From NCBI GenBank assembly GCA_023231475.1, contig JALJEE010001868.1, forward strand, positions 1-41,205: a stretch of DNA of 41,205 nt, read 5' to 3'. The translations under genes and the position numbers were made by a program. Shown here in pieces: positions 1 through 9,382 of the stretch (within the stretch, counting starts at the first letter, position 1; each line of letters begins with the position of its first letter). Below the pieces are notes generated by a model. That model was given only the letters and a program-made list of their open reading frames with translations, did no database searches and was not told the origin of the DNA. The DNA is from Seison nebaliae (Eukaryota).

Positions 1-20
1 ATAATATTTTACCACATTAG

Positions 21-467
21 AATATATTATTAACCAATCAATTCGTTCATTTCTTCGCTCATCTGTCTCATTCTGCGCACGGTGGCGCTTGCAATTGTCG
101 ATCTGACGAATCTACGATTCATTTCTACGTTGAATAATAAGAAAATATGAAATTAATATTTGATTTTCAGATTGATTTAAAAAATGGAATAGATCTTTGC
201 GCTTTATACTGTATAAAGACGATTGTAGGACTTTTGGCAGTTGGTGCATTTGACAATCGAATTTTTTCAACTTTTTTTTAAATTTCATTTTCTATCAGAA
301 ATATTAAAGTTACCATATGGTATGTTACATACCATACATATGTTAAGTTTAATATATTTAGAAAGAGCACGAAATGCGCTACAATATAGTTATGTTTACT
401 TTTTATTTTATTCAAATCAGATTCAAAAATATATTGGCTAGATGATCATGGAACAAATTATTATTGA
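21..467 (+). CDS. 3' part of an unknown spliced gene (5' end outside the window). Exons 21-128, 171-243, 299-319, 362-388, 421-467
   Basis: An AG at 19-20 and four GT..AG introns (129-170, 244-298, 320-361, 389-420) join into one stop-free frame: NILLTNQFVHFFAHLSHSAHGGACNCRSDESTIHFY/IDLKNGIDLCALYCIKTIVGLLAV/EILKLPY/ERARNALQY/NSKIYWLDDHGTNYY*. No homology recognised. Confidence 0.45.
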
Positions 468-555
468 TAATAAAAATTAAAGAACAAAATTACCTTGAAA
501 ATTATTAGATTTAACATATAAAAAATCACCATTATCAACTTGAGATTTTTTGTTT

Positions 556-585
556 CCCATTTTGCCCTAATTCCCACATTGCCCC
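556..585 (-). other. Canonical G-quadruplex-forming motif
   Basis: Minus strand reads GGGG-caatgt-GGG-aatta-GGG-caaaat-GGG: four G-runs with loops of 6, 5 and 6 nt. Confidence 0.5.
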
Positions 586-1216
586 AATTGACAATCAATT
601 GATAATAAAATCTGTTTAATAAGGATAAATTAATTTCACCCTCCTTATTATTTAGGATAAATATTTATAATTAAATATTTAATTAAGTAGATAAGATGAA
701 TAAAGAAAAAGAATGAACTTCAAAAGTAATTAATCGAAATATTTCTGAAAAAATTTGAAACAGATTTAGTTCCTTCTCTATTTCAACCTATCTTCCCTAT
801 CAAGAGCACTTATGTTCTCTATTGTCGATTTTCCTCCATTTCCGATTTTGTTGGCGAAGATGTATCTTTCTCTATTGGAGAAGATGGATGCTTCCAAATT
901 TCGTATTCCATCCTTCAATGACATCTTACCACTTACGTCTCCTTTATCGTTTCTTTTGTATATACTACACTCTTTCGAAGTCCACTCGGTTGTTTATAGC
1001 AAGAGAAGTGATAGATCACTTCTCCATCGATTACTTGCTTCCAGACAATTTTAAATGAGAATAATGATAACAACGAGAAACTATGATATTCCCAAGATGA
1101 TATTGCGAAAATTGTGAACAAGAAATTAAAAGTTAAGAAGAGAAATTTTCAGAAAAATAATTTATTAAAAAATAGAGAATGAAATAAATAAAATTGTTTG
1201 ACAAATAATACCAAAA

Positions 1217-4200
1217 TTATAAATCATCAAAATATTGTTGGACATTTGAATAATTGAAAAGTTCGGAAGTTTTTGTTATCCTCAGTTCCTTCATAAATTT
1301 CGTATAAAGTCGTTTCCTCTTCGATTCTTTCATATGAAACTGTTGTCGTTCATTTATCAAATAAGAGTTGTATTCATCGAAACATTTCTTCGAAATAAAA
1401 GTTATTTTGAAGGAGAATGAGGGATTGATGTCGGAACATTCGGAGTTTTGTGTCGAAATATAACGAGATCGTCGTCGATTATTTTTAGCTGATTGATTTC
1501 TGCGATTTCTTTTTCTATTACTAACATCGTCTCCACTCGTCATTGAATCATCAGGATTATCTTCGTAATTATTTTCATTCGATTCGAATTCATTTAATTC
1601 CACAATTATTACCGAACTCGATTGACGTGTGTTATGATGAAGATAATCAATTCTTTCATCGACATTTCCACCAAATTCTTTCAAAAGTATTGGACAAGCG
1701 AATTTTCTTTTGTTCTTGTATAAACTTTTCAATAATATCGACATGATCGATATCATCTCCTCAATTTTCCCCCCAATTTCCGATTTGTTCAATTGGAACA
1801 TTCGATCAGGAATCAAAGTCACAATGAAATAATCAAATCGTTTTTTCTTATTCCAATTCATTTCATTCATCCATCCACTACAATCTTTCCAATCCATACA
1901 TGAGGAGGAAATTAATTGATTGATATTCATTGTCAATCCAAAAGAATATAATCGATCAATATTCATTTCCTTCCCATAAACTAATGAGGACAAAGTGTAA
2001 TTCATCTGAATGAATATTTTTTTACAATGCAAATTAGGATGAAAGTTGAAGAATACAAACCAAAAACGAATAATCTCCTCCTTCAATCAATTTGGTACGT
2101 TGGACACCGATCTTACTCCGAATTGAAAATTGCAATCCCGAAAATGGTATATAATTATCGATCGGCCATAATCGATAATTAATGTCACATTTATTCATCT
2201 TCTTCTTCGTTGTCGTAAAGAAGAATTGCTTCCAAATTAACATAATGAACTTCACTCGACATATCTCCAATCTTAAGAGAAATTTTATCTGAAATAAATT
2301 CAAAAAAACATAATTACAATAAATTCTATTAAAATTGAGAAAGAAACGATTCTTGAGAAATATGTCAGTTTTACATTTTAACTAATCGAATCAATTGAGA
2401 TACTTCTGATTCGATCAGGCGCAAATAACGGTTATACAATTTAGGAAATTGATGTGAGATAAATTTCATAGAGCAAAAAAATTTATCCGTCTGTTCAGAA
2501 AATCAATTTCCAATAAACATTTCAGAAAAAAATTTCCAGAAAAAAATATGAGAAAAAAATTTTCAGAAAAATATTTCCAAAAAAAAATTAAAAAAAAAAG
2601 ATTTTAGGAAATTCCAACTTTTTTCTTATTTCCAATGAAATAGTTCGATGTGATATATTCAGAAAGTATGTCATGTAATTGATGGAGGGATTGGATGGAT
2701 TGATAATTTTTTGTCATTGTGAATAATTGTTGGAGAGAACGACGATTGACATTAATGAGATATTGATCGATGTCGACATATTTATCAGTGTTCCGATAGG
2801 TGTCTCTCAAAGATTGATTATGTTTCTGAATGATAACGAGTAGTTGATCATATTGTGATTTATCATCGAGAAGATTCTCTTTCTTTTGTTGGAGAGTTTG
2901 ATAGAATTTATAGAATAATCGAATTGCACTTACTGTGCGGAAACCGAATGAATAAAGAATAATTTGCACTAATTTCAAATTGGAGAATTCTAAAACATTC
3001 TCATTAACATCAGATAAAAGATTAAATATTTGATAAACGGTTTGAATCCATTGGAAGTCGACGGCGAGTTGATGGAGAAGTAATTGATCGGCAGTCAAAG
3101 AACGTTCCAATGTACTAATCCAATCGATATACAAATTGTATTTTCCATCTTCCTGATCAATGGCGAAGCGATGATAATTCAATTTACTCAATTGCCAATT
3201 ATCTGTTGGTAATTGAAAGACGGAGAGGAGATGTTTGGGAACATTGATTCGTTTCCTTCGTTCCATATCGAAGTAGATGATAGAAGAGATATATTGGACG
3301 AAGATGATTCTTCGATGGAAAATGACGAGAATTTGGTTACCAAATCGATTCATATAAATCGAATGATCATTCAAAAATCGTTCGAAGAAATATATGAAAA
3401 TTGTGTATTGAGTTAATACATCATATTTGGAGATTTTGTTTATTTCACTTTCATCTATTTCCTTCCCATTATCGAAGAGGAGAGATAATGAATAATTCAA
3501 TTGTTTCACAATATCCGTCATTAATGACGGAAGAATGATATTGGATTTCCGTACACGATTCCAATCCATCCATTTGATAATTTGATGGAAATATATTGGT
3601 TTAGGAATGAAGCATAAATCAGTCGTATGATATTGGAATATGTTGAAGGATTCGATGATGGAAAATAATTGGAATTGGAATAAGAAAATGGTGGACGAAT
3701 TGATATTTGATGATTTTTTTGAATTATCTCGAAGAAAGCGAATAATAAATGAAATGTTATTCAACTCTAGAAACATATCGTTACGAATTGATCGTTTCAA
3801 ATTCTCATCAACTTTCACACGTTCCAAAGCCTTCTCCAAAACCGCATCTAAATTTGGATTTGGTAAACCGTTTTCTGGTGATAATAATCCGTCAACGGAA
3901 CATCTTTCATTCAAATTATGTGATAACATCTCCCTTAAAATATCTCCTAATAATTTATCATATTTCTTCTCTTTCACATTCAACCAATTTAAATTGAAAT
4001 CATCTGGAAATTTGATTATTTCTTTCCTCAAATTTTTCAAAACCATAATCCGTTCAGAACCGGTAGAGAAGTTGTATAACATTTCAAATAACGTTATTCC
4101 GAAACTGTAGACGTCATTCAATGCACAAATTACTGGTGATGTCTCATTCAATTCCGGTGCCATATATAACGGTGTTCCAACTTGACCATTAGTAGTTACA

Positions 4201-7149
4201 TCAGATAATCCGGTTTTAATTGATGGAAATATTGATCGAGATGAATTGTCGAACATGGCTAAACCGAAATCACCCAATTTGGCATTGAGTCGTTTGTCAA
4301 TGAAAATGTTCGCCGGTTTCACGTCCCGATGAATGATTCCTTTATTATGGATGTGTTCCAAACCGAGAAGGATATCGCGAAAAATTTTAAAAATTAATGA
4401 CGAATTATTTTGGAACATATTTTTCTCAATCATCTCTTTCAACGTTCCCTTCTCACAATACTCCATTTGAATATATAAACCATAACGGATGGAAATTTCA
4501 TTCTCTGATTTCTTCTTTCCATCAATTTCCTCATTGGAATTCCCATCGGAATCATTCGATTGGAAATGGATCACATTCTTCAATGTCTCTGTATTCTCCC
4601 TTTTCTTCTTAAACGATAAATTCAAATCATTATTTTTATGATTGAGAAAAATTCCTGAAAATTCATCCGACAAAGATGTCGTCGATTCAATTTCTTGATA
4701 AGATTCAATTGATGAAAATTCCGAATCGGAATTTAAATTCAAATCATTCAAATTGTTTCGTTTCGTCATCCATGTTCCATGATATCTCACAATGTTCTCA
4801 TGTTGTAATTGAGAGAGCAATTTCACTTCTCGAGTAATTTTCTGGAAGAATTTCGGGAAACTTTTCCCTAATTTCCATATATCGATACTGATCACTTTAA
4901 TGGCATAAAATCGATCATCTATCCGATTTCTCACACGAATCACTTCACCAAAAGCACCTGATCCAATCGTTTCATCAATTTCGAACTCATTCTCCAATCG
5001 ATCATTCGTCACAATTCCATTCAAAACACTTTGATCAATACCATCATCGTCATCATTATTTTCTTCTTTTCTCATCGAAATATCATTCGAAATTTCATTC
5101 ATTGAATCTTTCTCATTTAATTTCTTCCAAAATAAATGATTTAAATCAATTTTTAAAAAATCTTCCACATTTCCAATTTTCTTCCAATTTCTCCTCGTCA
5201 ACATTTCCATCAAAATACCATCAATTTTCTCCTTCACTTTCAACACATCAACATCTACACTAACCGGTCGTCGACTTAACAGATAATGTATCAATGTTTC
5301 ATTTTCCAATTTCACCTCATTAATTCTATCGATATTATTCGATTTTTTTAAAAAAAAACGGAAAAAATTCAAAATTTTATTACTTCGAAATTCCGTTCCA
5401 TTTTCAGTTTGAATAATTTCCAACTTCTCCCAGCTGCGTAACAAATATTGACGTTTATCATTCGTTGATAATAATCGTTGGATTAGATGATACCAGGAGA
5501 ATTGGACGAATAATTCATTACCGGAAATTTTTTGATTATCATCAAAAAATAATTTTTCTGGAAATTGTTCCGAAAGATGGAAATTGAATTCTGACGAAAG
5601 ATTATTCCATGTTAATACCATCAGAACGTGATGAGTGTCATGAACTATCTGGAAGAGGTTGACCTCATCGATTTCTTCTTTCCATAATTTTTTTAAATTA
5701 ATTTCAAATTCCTCAATCGATTCCATCAAATCCGAATTATTTTTCAATAAATTCCTTTGTCGACGTTTCTTCTTCCGATTTTTCGATCGTTCCAATATTT
5801 CTTTTTTCGTCAATCGTATTTTCCCTAAAGCAATTCGATGACATTTCACCGGAAATCCGATTACTTCGGTAGCTCCGAAAATATTCGAATTCCATTTAAA
5901 TCGTTTCACATTTTTTCGATTCTCTTCAAATTCTCCTGAACATTTCCCATCATCTACATACAAATGGAAATATAATGAAGGAATCGTAGAAAGATCAGTT
6001 GTCATAATTTCTTCTCCATTTCCATCATCATTAAAATTTTTCATTAAATTTATTCGAATTTCTTCATTCTTTTCATATTTCATCAAACACGAATGACATT
6101 GATGAATATAAAATTTATTCGATTCATCAACATATTCGTAAGCGTTCACTATTATTGGTGAGATATAACTCATCGAACTGATTTGAATGTGAGAAAATAA
6201 ATTGATGATATTCTCAGAAATATTTCCTTCAAATTTCTCAATATGTGACGTGGAATGGAGAAAGGAGGAAACGTGTAAAATTTGAGAAACATCCAAATTG
6301 AAGAGATTCCATTGAATTTCCAATAAATTCGTCCGAGATTTTCCCAGAAAATATTCCAATCTCTTTTCATCAATTATCGATAATTTTGGTAAATTCAAAC
6401 GACAAAAATGGATCTAAACGGGACGGAAAATAAAATAAAATAAAAAAGTTAAATTAATTTTTAAAAAAATAAAATTTAACATTTTTCCATTCACAACATG
6501 ATTCGTTATTGTCACCTGATTCATTTCCATCAAATTTCTTCACACAATTCAACGTTTCTTTGATATTGAGATAAACTTGTTTCTGATGCTCTTGATATTG
6601 TGAGTGGTGACGAGAGTAATCAATTTGATCTTTCGTCTCTTCTAAATTAGAAAGGGAATTCTCTTCCAAATTCGACAATTGATTTTTGAATAATTCTTTC
6701 AAATTATGAATCATTAGACATAACTCTTCATGTTCCTCTTCGGATTGCTCATTCCAATCCTGAAGGAATTCTTTCTATTATCACTTAACTATGAATGAAA
6801 TAAGAAACTTCTGATCATCAGAATGAGAGAGAAATTCACGTTCTCCCATTTAACAATGGCGAACATGATGTTTGTTGTGTCGAATGCAATTCGTAAAGAC
6901 AATTTCGAATTCTTCTTCTTCTCATTCACATTCACTAATTTCAGATCAAATTTGGTGCAATCTTCCAACTCCACAACATTCGATATACAATCCTCATACA
7001 TCGCAAAAAGTTGCGTGTATTCCTCTTGGAAGTTCATTCTCTATGACGATTCTCTTTTACACATTTATTTCTTTCTCATTCAGCCAACTCTTTCACATTA
7101 CCACGAGTTCACTCAAATTCCTCTTATTCATCTTCTCATTTTCACTCAT
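1217..7149 (-). CDS. EIF2AK4: eIF2-alpha kinase GCN2 (RWD, diverged linker/pseudokinase region, kinase, degenerate HisRS-like domain). Exons: tentative 7149-7102, then 7040 (or ATG 7037)-6840, 6774-6481, 6413-2619, 2490-2404, 2288-2061, 2005-1217
   Basis: Kinase motifs IGSGAFGEV, YAIK, REVKLLSQLQHENIVRY, an acidic/Ser insert, LYIQMEYCEKGTL, HRDVKPANIF, DFG, VGTPLYMAPE and FSTGSERIMVL are typical of GCN2. The N-terminal QEEYTQLFAMY resembles the first RWD helix. The C-terminal QLPTD, FSGLQF..EGGDYS and FGLTMNINQLI align with the HisRS-like domain. All junctions are in-frame GT-AG; the 2490-2404 exon and the first exon are less certain. Confidence 0.9.
2494..2600. repeat. Degenerate ~14-nt tandem repeat (TTTCCAGAAAAAAA-like) inside GCN2 intron 2491-2618
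   Basis: Repeated units such as tttcagaaaaaaa, tttccagaaaaaaa, tatgagaaaaaaa, ttttcagaaaaata, tttccaaaaaaaaa. Confidence 0.6.
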
Positions 7150-7649
7150 TTCGATTAATTCGCTTATTTATTTTTTAAAAAATAAGCCTAACTTCATTGC
7201 TATATCAAAATATTTAAAGTAGGAAAATTTAATTTAAAAATTATTTTATTCAATTTCTAAAGATATTTTCAAATTTTCGAAATTTAATTCATTAATTATT
7301 TTATACTATTTCTAAATATTAAATATTAAAATTTAACAAATATTTGACGAATGAAAATTTTGGTATTATTCTAAAATAGAAGAATTTTGATAAAGAATTT
7401 AATTAATGGGGAAATGAAAGAGAAAGTGTTAAAGTAAATCATTAATTCAATGAAGGAGTTGTTGTCTATTGATATTGATTTAGATTAGAAATTAAATAGT
7501 TGAAATTTATTATAAATTAGTAATGATTATAATGATAACGAACGATGATGGTGCTGATATAAGTTTTTTGATGAGTATCAACATGCCATTTCTTTCTTTT
7601 TTTCGTGATCGAAATGAATTGTTTCATAATAATGACCGTTGATAATTAT

Positions 7650-7979
7650 TCAGAATCCATGAACCTTTATTTTACTTTCATCGGCGAAGCTGTTGTCAAC
7701 CAGAAAATTTTTGACACGATTTCTCTGATCGCCTTGCATCTGGATCACTTCGCCATATTCCGCATGCTCAACAACCGTTCCATTACAGGCGAATAACCGT
7801 TTGAATTCACGAGTCAATTTCTTCTTGTCATATTTATCACTGAGACCTTGAACAGTTGTCAATGATTTTCTCCCGTTTCGTTGCTGAATTCGAATATGGA
7901 CCAGATCTGAATCATCAGTTGTATTGCCAATGGAAAATGGATCGTTGTTACCATCAAACAGAGAATCTTCACCAGGCAT
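7650..7979 (-). CDS. EIF1: Translation initiation factor eIF1 (SUI1), 109 aa, no intron in the CDS
   Basis: VHIRIQQRNGRKSLTTVQG, FACNGTVVEHAEYGEVIQMQGDQR and IKVHGF* are the SUI1 signature. First ATG is at 7979; the ORF track starts at an upstream TTG. Confidence 0.97.
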   Translation of the reverse strand: MPGEDSLFDGNNDPFSIGNTTDDSDLVHIRIQQRNGRKSLTTVQGLSDKYDKKKLTREFKRLFACNGTVVEHAEYGEVIQMQGDQRNRVKNFLVDNSFADESKIKVHGF

Positions 7980-9382
7980 CGATATGTGGAATATTCCTTT
8001 TCGTTCGGAAAGTTCAATCAAAAGAAAACTATCTCTTACAAAAATAAAGTAGAAAGAAAATGAATTAAATTTATTTCGAAATGAGAAACGTCTATGACCG
8101 ACATATGTGGAACAATGGAAAAAAATTTCAAATTCGACTAATAAACACGAATCACGGAAACTTCGAATGCATTCCCGAATGAGGAAATGAACAGCAAATA
8201 GTCGTCTCGTGAACAGAAGAAAACGAAGTGGAACATATACGAAAAGGATAGACTGGTTGGCGATAAAAAATACATATTTCTCTCTTTCGTTCCTAATATG
8301 CCAAATTTATGTATGAATGTTATTTGTGTGAAACATTTCAACACAACTCTCAATCTTCTCAACGTCTCATCAAACTATCGATTATCTCACATTCTCCAAT
8401 TTAAAATTTTAGCTTAATCCAACTCGTGTTTGTTCAATAATTTTCATATTTATTATTCGAATGAAATTCATGTAATTAATTGAGAATCAATTAATAATTT
8501 ATTTCACAATTTCTGTATAATTCATTCTTGTATCCAATTTATTTTTACATTCATACTAATACTTAATCCAACATGTACATCATGTCTCATAAAGTAGGGA
8601 TCTGTGAAAAGAAAGGAGTGAGAAAAGCTTCAAAATTTAAAATTTCATTTCGTTTACTTCATATGAATATTAGATATGATTAGTCGTCTTTCATTAATTA
8701 TTCCCAATTTATCACATCAAAATTTTATCCATTCCAATCTACATGACAATTTTAGTAAGTAATTCCAATCAATTTTAAAAATTTATCTTTCCTTTAATTT
8801 TGGTTCTTAAATCAAACGAGTAAATTCCTAGTAAATGTTCATTATTAAAATCCTTCATGTTAATACTTCTCCACAATTTAAATAGTGTTATCAAATATTC
8901 CTGAAATTTTTATTGACGAGATATGGAGTTAATTTTTGAGGTTGTTGAGAAGTGAAATATCATTAAATTCAGAAATCGTCTAAAAAGAATCGATTGGAAC
9001 TTATTCTGTTTTTACCTTTTATATTTTGTTTCCATTTCCTTAACATCAATTCCATAACACAGAATGTAATTGGATTTTAGAAGGTGTCTGAAAGAGTAAG
9101 CTTGTAAATTAATTGTGAAAAGGTTTCGAAGAAATTCTTTTTTTTAATGATTAGATTAATTATTTTCCTGTAAAGATAACAGGAATAATAATTTTCTGTT
9201 ATTGTAAAACACATTGAAAGCTTATCAAATGATAGAATTAATATTAAAACTAGAACAATTATCTTTAATGTCATTTCAATCTTTCAACTTTTTTACTCTT
9301 TCTATTTCTCATTGTTTTCAAAAGTTATTTCGATTGATTATAAGGAAGAATGTGAAGTCTTTTAACATAGAGTGAGAGAGTG

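Noticed and set aside
713..1121. Short ORFs on both strands between the first gene and the GCN2 stop
   Set aside because: No frame or splice model gave a recognisable or clearly best product; could be UTR or a tiny gene, but unsupported.
3213..5841. Plus-strand ORFs antisense to GCN2, and similar antisense ORFs inside CEP97 and spectrin
   Set aside because: Shadow ORFs of real coding strands with no motifs.
2604..6398. Treating the 1264-aa ORF and the ORFs at 1217, 2034, 6454 and 6789 as separate genes
   Set aside because: They splice in frame into one GCN2 with the expected domain order.
8530..9274. Minus-strand ORF with a signal-peptide-like start (MTLKIIVLVLILILS) and downstream exon-like pieces
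   Set aside because: Stops in all frames downstream and no consistent splice model; hydrophobic ORFs arise easily in AT-rich DNA.
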